A stretch of 64,000 nucleotides of DNA, from contig JAPMXV010000022.1 of assembly GCA_026936335.1 (NCBI GenBank), positions 1-64,000 of the forward strand. Direction: 5' to 3'. Of this stretch, positions 20,697 to 31,300 are shown one piece after another. The translations under genes and the position numbers were made by a program. The DNA is from Mantamonas sphyraenae STR306. Taxonomy: Eukaryota > Protista > CRuMs. Under the pieces are notes generated by a model, which was not told the origin of the DNA, searched no databases, and worked only from the letters and a program-made list of their open reading frames with translations. Each line of letters begins with the position of its first letter. The stretch's first letter is position 1.

Positions 20697-23301
20697 TCAC
20701 CGCCCCAACAATCTCAAGTACTCGCCTGCCCGCTGATCCAACAGCTGCTGGTGCGTTCCCTGGTGCACCACTCGCCCTGCGTTCAGCAAAATCAGATAGT
20801 CCATGTCCTTCACCGTGCTCATGTCATGCGAAATCATAATCAGCGCCATCTGGTTCTCCGCCACAAACCGGTACAGCCGCGGCAGAATCACCTCGCGCTT
20901 CTTGTACGCGTCCATTTGCGACAACGCCTCGTCCAGAATCAAAATCTTTGCGTCCTTGCGCAGAAACACACGTGCCAGGGCCACGCTCTGCCCAAATCCT
21001 CCCGAGATGTTTTCCCCTCGTGCCTTGACATGCATGTCCAGCACAGACCGCCTATCCAACACCGGTGTCGGTTCTGCTTCCTCCGCTTCTCCTCCGCCAC
21101 TCCTCCGCCTCCGCCACTCTCGTCCTCCTTCTTCCTTCTCTCCCATCCCATCTTCGTCCTCTTCGTCCAATTGCCACCCACTTAGGCCCCCCAGCAATCC
21201 GTCCTCGTTGTCTCCCGTCGCCTCTCGCCAGTCTTCGTCTGCGCCGTCCTCTCCCTCTCCATCCCCCATGCTCACTCCCTCCTCCTCATCCATTCCACCT
21301 GCGTCGCCCACCTCGTTCCTTCCTATGGCTGCTGTTTTGGGCGCCTCCCGCTTCACGGGGCCTGCAAACAGCGATCCGGGCGCGTCGGCTGCCACAATCT
21401 GCTCGTACGAAGTACGTTCCTTTGCCAGACGCCGTCGCAGAAACGATTGAAAGTCGTACGGCACATTATGCAGCGATCCCACTCCACCTTCGCCCACGCG
21501 TCCTCCTTGTCCATCTGCAACTTCCCCCGCCAACTTGCCCTTGCCCAACCCTTCCCTACGTCGCTCCTCGTGCTGCAACACTGCCGTCTCCATGCTTGTC
21601 AGATCCACAGGCTCGTCTGCCATGCCTTCTCCCGACTGCTGTCCCCCGTCCATGGCCGCAAACGCAAAGATCCCCGCCGCCGTCGCCGCCTCCAGAATTT
21701 CCTCCTCCGTTGCCTCTGGGTTTCCAATCGCAATGTTCTCCCGGATTGTGCCCGGGAAAATGTATGGCTTTTGCGTCACATATCCAATCACCCTTCGCAG
21801 ATGCCGCCGCGACAGCGAATCGTACGGGATTCCGTTGATCGAAATTGTCCCTGCCAGTGGCGCATACAGCTTTGTCAACAGGCTTGCCAGCGTGCTCTTG
21901 CCACTACGGTTGAATCCAATCAGTCCGTACCGTCGCCCCGGATAGATAACCACATCCTGGTCCAGGTTCAGCGCAAGCGTCTGGTCCACGTTGCTTGCGT
22001 CGTACGCAAACTTCAGTCCGCTCCCAATCCGCAGCTCCGAAAAGTGGGTGATCCGTGTTGGAAGTCGTTGTTCCTCCGTGCGAAAGTTGGGCAGCGTCAA
22101 CAACTTGATCACCTGGTCCTGGTTGCCCAAAGTCGTCCACGCGCTCTGCAGGTGCATCAGCAGACGACGTGCAATCGCATACAGGTGATCCACATCACTC
22201 TGCACCTTCCGGTACGTCTCGTGCGAGATCCCCTTCCGCTGCATCACTGTGTGCACCACGTACGTCTCGGCTGCAAATTGGATCACCCGCCGGTTGTACA
22301 TCGCCTGCCAGATTTTCGACAGCGTCGTTGCCAGTGACGTTGACGTCTCCAGCTCCTCTTCAATCAGACCATCCAGCAGGGCCAGCTGCGATTCTTGCAT
22401 GTTGTTGATCTGAATCTCATTCAGCGCCGTCATCGCAGTGCTCACCAGCGCGCTCATCGCGCTGTACCGCTTCGACTGCTTCTTCTGCGTCGGACGGTCC
22501 ACCAGGATCGACTTTGTCCAGTTGATCGCCCGTGTCACCGCCAACATCACAAACGGATACAGCAGCGTCAGCGGATCAATCGACCCTTTGATCTTGTACA
22601 GCTCCGACGACTCTCGAACTGCCGTTTACCCAAACCACACCCGTGCGTCAGCGCCACGTGTCAGCTCACACCCCCTCACACCACTGCGTCCAGCCCTACA
22701 ACCTACACAACGCGTACGACGTCCCAATGATCCCCGGCACCGTTTGGTTGAACAGACGCAGTGTGTTGTTGATGTCCCGCGACAGCCTTCCCTCCAACTG
22801 CGTTGTTTTGATGCGCTCAAACGCTCCCAGCTCGGAAAACAGCAGCCGCTCCATTACCAGCCGTCGGATGAGAAGTCGGTTCGTGATTCCCACGCGCGCC
22901 TTCAGCTGTGCGTCCGACGTGTGGATCACCGTGTACAGCAGAGTCAGCGCAAAGTACTCCAGAACCATGCGCAGGTTGAACGAGCCCCCGTTCAGCAGGT
23001 TGTGCTGGATATTGATCCGCGACGCGCGCAGCTTGTTGTTGATCTTCCGCCGCGACGCCCACCAAGGCAGCATCTCAAACAGGAACGGCAGCACGTAGTT
23101 CACAAAGATGCTCGTTATCAGAAACCTCGGGTTTACTCGCCACAGATACTTGTAGTAGATCACAATCGGCAGGTTTTTCACTCGCCGATTCAGCCGCCAC
23201 CACGACCGCGCCACAAGCGACATCTCCAACAGCCGTTCATTGTCCACGTCGTTCTTGGTCAACTGCTCCAGGATTTCGTCCAAGTCTGCTGCCGGTGCCA
23301 T
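20697..23301 (-). CDS. Atypical ABC half-transporter (TMD-NBD) with a large insertion in the NBD; 1 intron
   Basis: Walker A GFNRSGKST, Q-loop VTQKP, signature ISGGFGQ, Walker B ILILDEA, H-loop SHD. A phase-1 intron at ~22620-22705 joins the upstream TM-containing exon. Confidence 0.85.
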
Positions 23302-23395
23302 GCCTCCACCCTTCTCAACCAGGTTGTGTGCCGCCGAATTTCTTGGCTCCCACCCCGCCCATGCTTCAGCCCCTCTCCGTCCGTAATCATACGCT

Positions 23396-24352
23396 TCATT
23401 CCTTAGCAACCGCGCTTGCCTTCACCACATGCAACACCCGCTTGCCTCCTGCAAACCCACTTCGCCCTTGCAGCTCAATCCAGTCCTTGGTCCCTTTCAC
23501 CTTGCCTGAGCACGTGTAGCATGAGCTTGTACAAAACTGGCTTGCACAGGAGTGGCAAAACACGTGCCCACACCGTTTCAGAAGCACTGCACGTGCCTGG
23601 TTGCGGAACTGCTTGAGGCACACTGGACATTGGTACTGCACATCCTGCACCTCCTCCCCGTCCCCCTCCTCGCAGCTGAAGTGCACCTCTATCAACTTCT
23701 TCCGCTTCAGTGCATGTCCTCCTGCGGGGCACTGCGTCACCAGCTTCGGTCTCTCCACCTCCCCGCTTTCGGCTTGCGGTGTCAACGACGGCAGCCAAAA
23801 CGACCGCAGTTTCTTCGGGTCATTTGGGTCGTTTGACGACAGCAACTCCTTCTCCGAAACCTCTTCTTCAGTGCGTTGCTTCACCGAGCGGAACTTGGCC
23901 TCTCCATAAAACGTGCCCCTGTACGCCGGTTCCCGCCCTTCCCGATCTCCGCTCCCGGTCCCGTCCCCCCCTTGTTCCTCCTCCATGCCCCTGCTGCTCC
24001 CCACTCCCATATCCTTTTGTTCAAACTCGGCCACTCGCTTCGCCTGCGCCTCCTCCTGCGCCTCCACCTCTGCCGCGCGCTTCAGCTCCGTCTCAGCCCG
24101 GTACACCTCCATCTGCCGCTGCAACGCAGATGCCTGTTCCAGAAGCGACTCCAGAATACACTTGCGACAGTACAGGTGTCCGTCAGGGCATGCCATCGGC
24201 GACACCGCCGTGTGCAGGCACAGGCCGCACGCATCCAGCTCTTTGATCGAGCCCGCTTCCAACCGGGCTGCCGACGACCCTCCCTCCATCAATTTCCTCT
24301 CCGACGACGTAAAGATCGCTCCCGACGATGCCCGCTTCGTCGTTCGTGACAT
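23396..24352 (-). CDS. NOSIP: Nitric oxide synthase-interacting protein (RING/U-box-like E3)
   Basis: N-terminal CGLCL...ACPDGHLYCRKCILE, SFWLPSLTP, CP..GH.LKRKKL, C-terminal RING and GFAG tail. Confidence 0.9.
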   Translation of the reverse strand: MSRTTKRASSGAIFTSSERKLMEGGSSAARLEAGSIKELDACGLCLHTAVSPMACPDGHLYCRKCILESLLEQASALQRQMEVYRAETELKRAAEVEAQEEAQAKRVAEFEQKDMGVGSSRGMEEEQGGDGTGSGDREGREPAYRGTFYGEAKFRSVKQRTEEEVSEKELLSSNDPNDPKKLRSFWLPSLTPQAESGEVERPKLVTQCPAGGHALKRKKLIEVHFSCEEGDGEEVQDVQYQCPVCLKQFRNQARAVLLKRCGHVFCHSCASQFCTSSCYTCSGKVKGTKDWIELQGRSGFAGGKRVLHVVKASAVAKE

Positions 24353-24370
24353 CCCTCTTTTGTTCTTTTG

Positions 24371-26839
24371 CTACCCCACCACGCGCACCACAATCCGCTC
24401 CATGTCCGACTCGGATCCACTCCTCTGGCTCTCGGTCACACTCTCGTCCTCGTTCTCCTCCGTTTCCTCCGTCTCTGCCACCTCTTCTTCCTCTGTTTCA
24501 CCTTCCTCCCATCCTCCCTCTGCCTCAAACCATGCCAGATCTTCCTCACTTGCTTCCGCCTCGTAGTCCAGCAGGATGCGCACACATTCCCAGTGGCCGT
24601 TTCCACGTGCCATCTCCAATGCACTCGCACCCGTACGCGACTGTACATTCACGTCGATGTGTGGCAGACCGTGAGCCCCCGGCTCCGAGTACAGCACATC
24701 GCACAGGAACAAAATGAAGCTCGCATGGCCCTCCGAAGCTGCATGATGCAGAGGGGTCCACCCATTCACATCGCGTGCCTCAATGTCTGCTCCAGCGTCC
24801 ATCAGCTGCCGCCCGACATTCACATGCCCGTGTTTTGCCGCGTAGTGCATCGGCTGCATGTTCCACGGTTTCTGAGCCTCGTCCACAGCCACTCCAGCCT
24901 CAATCAACAGCATCAAAATCTCCTCAGCTCCACATCGGGCACACAACTGCACAGGCGTTGTTCCGTGTGCGCTCACCCCGTCCAATCGTGCTTTGTGTTT
25001 CAACAGTGCCGCCGCACTTTCTGTCAAGCCCATCATGATGGACACATCCAGTGGCGTCGCTCCGTCTCCACTTTCTGCCTCCAGGTTGGCTCCTCCAGCA
25101 CACAGCGTGTGGATACACTCCACCGCTCCGGCGTACACTGCAAAGTGCAGTGGCGTGTACCCATTCAGCTCCTGCAATTCCGTGTCCGCGTGTGCATTCA
25201 GGAGCGCCTCCAGGACCCCAGAATGATGGTACAGCACTGCGACGTGCAATGGCGTGTGTCCGTTTGTGTTGATCATGTCCAGTGTCGCTCCACTTTCCAC
25301 CAGCAGCTCCACAATCTCCTCGCTTCCAACACGACACGCAAGGTGCAGTGCACTGTTCCCCTGTGCCTCCACCTTGTTGATAAACTCGATCCAATACGAT
25401 GCAAACGTCGACTTCGGCGTCAGATATGCTGTTTCTGACGACGAGGACGAAGAGGACGACGACGACGATGAAGACGACGATTCTCTGGAGGGCCCATCTG
25501 TGCTCCTTCCGCGCCCTCGCCCCTGACCACCATTTGCTTCAGCCTCGGCCTCTTCCACCACAAGTTCCTTCAACTCCACGCTGGCCACCCGCAACACCTC
25601 ACGTACGCATTCAGCCGATTTGGAAAACACTGCATGGTGCAGCGGCAGCCAACCGTACTTGTCGGCACTGAACAGATGTTTGCGACCGGCGCGGCTCTCT
25701 TCAGCCAGCAGAAATGTCAAAAAGTCCAGCGCAGCAAACCTCGATGCAAGGTGCACTGGCGCCCATCCCGACGCCGTAAGCGTCTCCAACGACAAGCCGT
25801 CCTCAATCAAGTCCGGCACCAACTCCAGTTGCCCTGTTGCTGCCACTGTGTGCATGTTGGTCCACCCTTCCAGCGATACCTGTCCTTTGATTCCCTCTTC
25901 CAGTTGTGCAATCACTTCCATCCACCACTCGATGTTGTCCGTTTGGTCGCGCAGGTATTGCAGCACAGCAGCACTGCCCTGGCTACGCACGTGCATCGGA
26001 GGTAAAACCAGCGGATTGCCACTCACGTTCAAGTTGTCCAGGCTCTCCAGCAAGCCCAGCGACGATGGCAACCACCGTAGCCCGTTCCCGTTTACATCCA
26101 GAGATTCCAACACGTGCATCCCTGTCCATGAAGGGTCATCAGGTAACACGCGAAGCTGGTTTTGACCCAAGTTCAGCGAACGGACGTGGCCCAGTGCCTC
26201 CAGGAATCCGTCGGGAAGCGCCGTGAGCAGATTGTTGCTCAGATTCACCACGTGTAGAGTTTCCGGAAGGACCACAACCTCCATCAACCGGTTGTGATGT
26301 ACGATCAGGTGTGTGAGCCTCCGCAGTGCCTTTATCTCCTCTGGTAGCGTGCGAAGGTGGTTGTACGCCAGGTTTAGGTGTGTCAATTCACCCAGCTGCG
26401 CCAGCTTTGCCCCGTGCAGGCTGTCGATCTTGTTGTCCGACACGTTCAGATGTGTCAGTTGCGACAGCATGAATGTACCGTCTGGTATCCTTGTCAAACG
26501 CAGCGCCTTCAGTGCCAGCGACGTCGCCCTCGCCTCGTACGCCTCTGAAACCTTCTTTGTGGCCGGATTCTTTGCAGCCTGCCCCAGCAGCATCCGATTG
26601 GCCCCTTTCTTTGGTCTCTCTCCACTCGCAGGCGATTCTGGTGACCCGTAGAACGCCAAGTGGTCGGTTTTGTGAAAGTCTGAACTTGTGCTGGGCGACT
26701 CAGCACGCGCAGCCTTGCCATTCGCTGAACTTGCGTTTGCCGCTCCGCCCACACCGGCAAAGCCGGGACTGAATGCAGGTGTGAACAGAGTTTTCAACTT
26801 CTTCTTCACTACGCGCACTCCCTTCTGTCGCTTGGACAT
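24371..26839 (-). CDS. LRR plus ankyrin repeat protein
   Basis: SDS22-like LRRs (LxxLNLxxNxL), then cap NPLVLPP...GSAAVLQYL, then about 10 ankyrin repeats and an acidic tail. Likely start MSKRQK at 26839. Confidence 0.87.
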   Translation of the reverse strand: MSKRQKGVRVVKKKLKTLFTPAFSPGFAGVGGAANASSANGKAARAESPSTSSDFHKTDHLAFYGSPESPASGERPKKGANRMLLGQAAKNPATKKVSEAYEARATSLALKALRLTRIPDGTFMLSQLTHLNVSDNKIDSLHGAKLAQLGELTHLNLAYNHLRTLPEEIKALRRLTHLIVHHNRLMEVVVLPETLHVVNLSNNLLTALPDGFLEALGHVRSLNLGQNQLRVLPDDPSWTGMHVLESLDVNGNGLRWLPSSLGLLESLDNLNVSGNPLVLPPMHVRSQGSAAVLQYLRDQTDNIEWWMEVIAQLEEGIKGQVSLEGWTNMHTVAATGQLELVPDLIEDGLSLETLTASGWAPVHLASRFAALDFLTFLLAEESRAGRKHLFSADKYGWLPLHHAVFSKSAECVREVLRVASVELKELVVEEAEAEANGGQGRGRGRSTDGPSRESSSSSSSSSSSSSSSETAYLTPKSTFASYWIEFINKVEAQGNSALHLACRVGSEEIVELLVESGATLDMINTNGHTPLHVAVLYHHSGVLEALLNAHADTELQELNGYTPLHFAVYAGAVECIHTLCAGGANLEAESGDGATPLDVSIMMGLTESAAALLKHKARLDGVSAHGTTPVQLCARCGAEEILMLLIEAGVAVDEAQKPWNMQPMHYAAKHGHVNVGRQLMDAGADIEARDVNGWTPLHHAASEGHASFILFLCDVLYSEPGAHGLPHIDVNVQSRTGASALEMARGNGHWECVRILLDYEAEASEEDLAWFEAEGGWEEGETEEEEVAETEETEENEDESVTESQRSGSESDMERIVVRVVG

Positions 26840-26891
26840 CCTCCCGACCCTTGCTTGGCCTGCCCTGCGCGAATGGAGCCACCGCAGCACA

Positions 26892-28316
26892 ATGTCCAAA
26901 CGCCTCAAGCCGAAAGGCCGCAGGAAACCCGCAGGCAAAGGAGGCCTCGCTGGCATCTTTAGCAACAAGGACCAGGTGGCTGCGCCGCAGGAGGCCATGA
27001 AGCAGGCCAAGGAGGCCAAAACGGCGCATCCTGGCGACAAGTCCCGCTCACGCATGCTGGACTTGTTCCTGCATGAAATCAAAGACTCTGCACCACCTTC
27101 GGCATCATCGTCCATCCCTACGGAGGACTCATCTGCTTCTTCAGGCTTGGAAGCAGGACCTGCACCCTCCGATAGCAATCTTTCTGTACAAAACCTGCCA
27201 CAAGATGTCAACGAGCAGTTGCTGGCACAGCGCTTTGCACACTTTGGTGACGTGGGCTCTGTGAAAATCATTTGGCCTCGTAGCTCGACCGAGTGGGCGC
27301 ACACAAGGCTAAACGGGTACGTCCTCTTCATGCGCCGCAGAGACGCGACTGCCGCCATGCAGAGCATGCACAATGCACGCTGGCGTGGTTCCCTGCTTAC
27401 AGTGCGCTGGGCAAACCCCATGCCCCTCCCCATGGCTCCTGTGTGGCCACGCACGTCATGGACACCTGGGTTGGGAGACGAAAGCGACGAAGAACCCGAC
27501 GGTGACGATGCCATGGATCAAGACGGCGAATCGGACACCCTCAGCGAGGACGACTTGCATGCTTGGCGAAGCATCCTGGCCGACGTGTTGCCCACACGTG
27601 CGTCTCTACGCCATGCGATGCTGTTTTGTATGCAGCGCGCGCCGGTTGCAGTCCAACTTGTGCAGGAGCTCGTGGAGGCGTTTGTAGAAGAGACCCAAAG
27701 TGTGCAGCACAAGGTTGCACTGTTGTACGTGGTCTCTGAGCTGCTGCACAACAGCGGGAGCACGCGGGTGCGGAAGGCCACGTTGTTCCGCACGGCCGTG
27801 GAATCCAGCCTGGACCGGGTGTGTGACGAGCTGGTACGTATGGATGCCTCGCTGTCCTCGCGCATCCATAGTGCGTTGTTCCGCGACCGTGTGTTGCGAG
27901 TGTTCCACGCTTGGGACAGCTGGTCTGTGTTTCCGCACAACACCATGCATGACTTGATCATGGTCTTTGATCGAGATCGCCTGAGGCAAGAACAGATGGA
28001 GCAAGAGCGGCGGCGAGAGGAGGAAGAGCGTGAACGCATACGCCTTGCGGAGGAGGAGCGACTTCAGCGGGAAGCGGAGCGGCAGCGGCGCATTGCCAGT
28101 CTGGATGCTCAATGGACCACTGTGGATGCAGAGACAGCCGCAGTGGCCCATGTACAGGCACAGGGGACCAAGGAGCCAGAGGGGCATGAGGAAGAAGCGA
28201 GGGAGGCATCAGCAAGTGTCACCGTGCAGGAGCGGGTCCCGTTTTCCATGGACATCGACGGAACGCCGTTGACTGAAACAGAGCTGGCTCAGTTTGCGCC
28301 CCTGGAATGGGCGTGA
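26892..28316 (+). CDS. U2SURP: U2 snRNP-associated SR140-like protein (RRM + CID + cwf21-like tail)
   Basis: RRM (NLSVQNL...FGDVGSVKIIWPR...GYVLFM), CID (KVALLYVVSELLHNS...W..WSVFP), tail DIDGTPL. Confidence 0.8.
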   Translation: MSKRLKPKGRRKPAGKGGLAGIFSNKDQVAAPQEAMKQAKEAKTAHPGDKSRSRMLDLFLHEIKDSAPPSASSSIPTEDSSASSGLEAGPAPSDSNLSVQNLPQDVNEQLLAQRFAHFGDVGSVKIIWPRSSTEWAHTRLNGYVLFMRRRDATAAMQSMHNARWRGSLLTVRWANPMPLPMAPVWPRTSWTPGLGDESDEEPDGDDAMDQDGESDTLSEDDLHAWRSILADVLPTRASLRHAMLFCMQRAPVAVQLVQELVEAFVEETQSVQHKVALLYVVSELLHNSGSTRVRKATLFRTAVESSLDRVCDELVRMDASLSSRIHSALFRDRVLRVFHAWDSWSVFPHNTMHDLIMVFDRDRLRQEQMEQERRREEEERERIRLAEEERLQREAERQRRIASLDAQWTTVDAETAAVAHVQAQGTKEPEGHEEEAREASASVTVQERVPFSMDIDGTPLTETELAQFAPLEWA

Positions 28317-28372
28317 GTGAACATGGCAACGTCGAGAGGGGCGATTGACGAGGCACAGAAACTTGCCACGCC

Positions 28373-31300
28373 ATGTCCGAAGGCGAGTCCGATGCATTGG
28401 AGCTGGTGAAGCAGGAGAAAGCAAAGAATGAAGCGCTGGGTAGGTGTTAATGGGGTAGTGCAGGCGCTGTGTGGCGGGGCGCGCGTCAAGAACGCAGTCG
28501 CCCCAAAAATGGGAGCTTTTTCATGCGACGGGTGGTTGCCACGGCACTGTGTGGGCTGAGGCGACGCAGACGGGACACGGAAAGACTGACACGGATCACA
28601 CACGTGCACACATGGTCGATTCGGGGTGTATTGCAGAGGCGGAGTTGGCAAAGGTGAAGGAGGAGGCGGCCAAGGACGCGCAGAGCGTGAAAGACATGAA
28701 CGAGCAAGTGCAGAAACTTGTGTTGGGGCTGGGAGATGCCGGCAAGGCAAAGAAGGAGGCAGAAGCGTAGGTGATGAGAGCTTGGAGGGGCGTAGGTTGG
28801 GGCAAGGGCGCATGCTGACGTCACGGGAGGGGGACGCACAGAGCTGCGGAGGAAGCAATAGGGACGTTGGCCGAAGTTCAGAAGCAGCTGGAAGCAAGCA
28901 AGGCCGAGGCGGAAAAGGCCAAAGCAGAGCTGGCCGATGCTCAAAAGAACGCACAAGGGAACGCAGCAGAGTTGGAAAAGCTGCAGGCACAGGTGAAGGC
29001 TGTGGCGGCGGAGAAGGAACAAGAGGTTGCCGAGTTGAACAAACAACTGGCGGAGGAACACGCCAAACTGGCACAAGCACAAACCGAACTGTCGCAGGCC
29101 ACAGACAACACCGAGTCACGTGTGAACGAGCTGGAGGGCAAGCTGACGGAAGCACAAAAGAGCAGCGAAACGCAGCTGCAGGAATTGCGCGCGGAACTTG
29201 ACAAGGCAAAGGAAGAGGCAGTGAAGGCAGGGAAAGTGGCCGAAGGGAAGGAGGAGGAGATTGAGGTGTTGAAGCAGCAGCTGGAGAAGGCAAACGCCGA
29301 TGCTGGTAAGCAGGCTGAGGGCAAGGAGAAGGAGATTGCAGCTCTGAAGCAGCAGCTTGAGAAGGCAAACGCCGATGCTGGCAAGCAGGCTGAGGGCAAG
29401 GAGAAGGAGATTGCAGCTCTGAAGCAACAGCTGGAGAAGGCAAACGCCGATGCTGGTAAGCAGGCTGAGGGCAAGGAGAAGGAGATTGCAGCTCTGAAGC
29501 AGCAGCTGGAGAAGGCAAACGCCGATGCTGGTAAGCAGGCTGAGGGCAAGGAGAAGGAGATTGCAGCTCTGAAGCAACAGCTGGAGAAGGCAAACGCCGA
29601 TGCTGGTAAGCAGGCTGAGGGCAAGGAGAAGGAGATTGCAGCTCTGAAGCAGCAGCTGGAGAAGGCAAACGCCGATGCTGGTAAGCAGGCTGAGGGCAAG
29701 GAGAAGGAGATTGCAGCTCTGAAGCAACAGCTGGAGAAGGCAAACGCCGATGCTGGCAAGCAGGCTGAGGGCCTTCAGAAGGAAGTTGAAGCTCTGAAGC
29801 AGCAGCTGGAGAAGGCAAACGCCGATGCTGGTAAGCAGGCTGAGGGCAAGGAGAAGGAGATTGCAGCTCTGAAGCAGCAGCTGGAGAAGGCAAACGCCGA
29901 TGCTGGCAAGCAGGCTGAGGGCAAGGAGAAGGAGATTGCAGCTCTGAAGCAACAGCTGGAGAAGGCAAACACCGATGCTGGTAAGCAGGCTGAGGGCAAG
30001 GAGAAGGAGATTGCAGTTCTGAAGCAACAGCTGGAGAAGGCAAACGCCGATGCTGGCAAGCAGGCCGAGGGCAAGGAGAAGGAGATTGCGGCTCTGAAGC
30101 AGCAGCTTGAGAAGGCAAACGCCGATGCTGGCAAGCAGGCTGAGGGCAAGGAGAAGGAGATTGCGGCTCTGAAGCAGCAGCTGGAGAAGGCAAACACCGA
30201 TGCTGGCAAGCAGGCTGAGGGCAAGGAGAAGGAGATTGCGGCTCTGAAGCAGCAGCTGGAAAAGGCAAACGCCGATGCTGGCAAGCAGGCCGAGGGCAAG
30301 GAGAAGGAGATTGCGGCTCTGAAGCAGCAGCTGGAGAAGGCAAACGCCGATGCTGGCAAGCAGGCCGAGGGCAAGGAGAAGGAGATTGCAGCTCTGAAGC
30401 AGCAGCTTGAGAAGGCAAACGCCGATGCTGGCAAGCAGGCTGAGGGCAAGGAGAAGGAGATTGCGGCTCTGAAGCAGCAGCTGGAGAAGGCAAACACCGA
30501 TGCTGGCAAGCAGGCTGAGGGCAAGGAGAAGGAGATTGTGGCTCTGAAGCAGCAGCTGGAAAAGGCAAACGCCGATGCTGGCAAGCAGGCCGAGGGCAAG
30601 GAGAAGGAGATTGCAGCTCTGAAGCAGCAGCTGGAGAAGGCAAACGCCGATGCTGGCAAGCAGGCTGAGGGCAAGGAGAAGGAGATTGCAGCTCTGAAGC
30701 AGCAGCTGGAGAAGGCAAACGCCGATGCTGAGAAGGTCGCAGAGGCAAATAAGAAAGCAGCGGGAGACCTGCAGCAGAAGCTGGACCAGGCACTGGCCTC
30801 GCTGGAGGATGCCAAGGCCAAGAGTGAATCGAGTGAAGGGGAGCTTTCTAAGCGCATGGACGAGATGCGGGAACAGCTCGGAGCGAAGGAGAAGGAAGCC
30901 GCAGAGCTGTCGCAGCAGCTGGAGAAGGCCAACACCGATGCTGGCAAGCAGGCTGAGGGCAAGGAGAAGGAGATTGCAGCTCTGAAGCAACAGCTGGAGA
31001 AGGCAAACGCCGATGCTGGCAAGCAGGCTGAGGGCAAGGAGAAGGAGATTGCGGCTCTGAAGCAGCAGCTGGAGAAGGCAAACGCCGATGCTGGCAAGCA
31101 GGCTGAGGGCAAGGAGAAGGAGATTGCGGCTCTGAAGCAGCAGCTGGAGAAGACAAACGCCGATGCTGGCAAGCAGGCTGAGGGCAAGGAGAAGGAGATT
31201 GCGGCTCTGAAGCAGCAGCTGGAGAAGGCAAACGCCGATGCTGAGAAGGTCGCAGAGGCAAATAAGAAAGCAGCGGGAGACCTGCAGCAGAAGCTGGACC

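Noticed and set aside
26840-27514. Apparent long overlap between ORF 24371-27514 (-) and ORF 26688-28316 (+)
   Set aside because: Both N-terminal extensions are antisense shadows. The plausible starts at 26839 and 26892 do not overlap.
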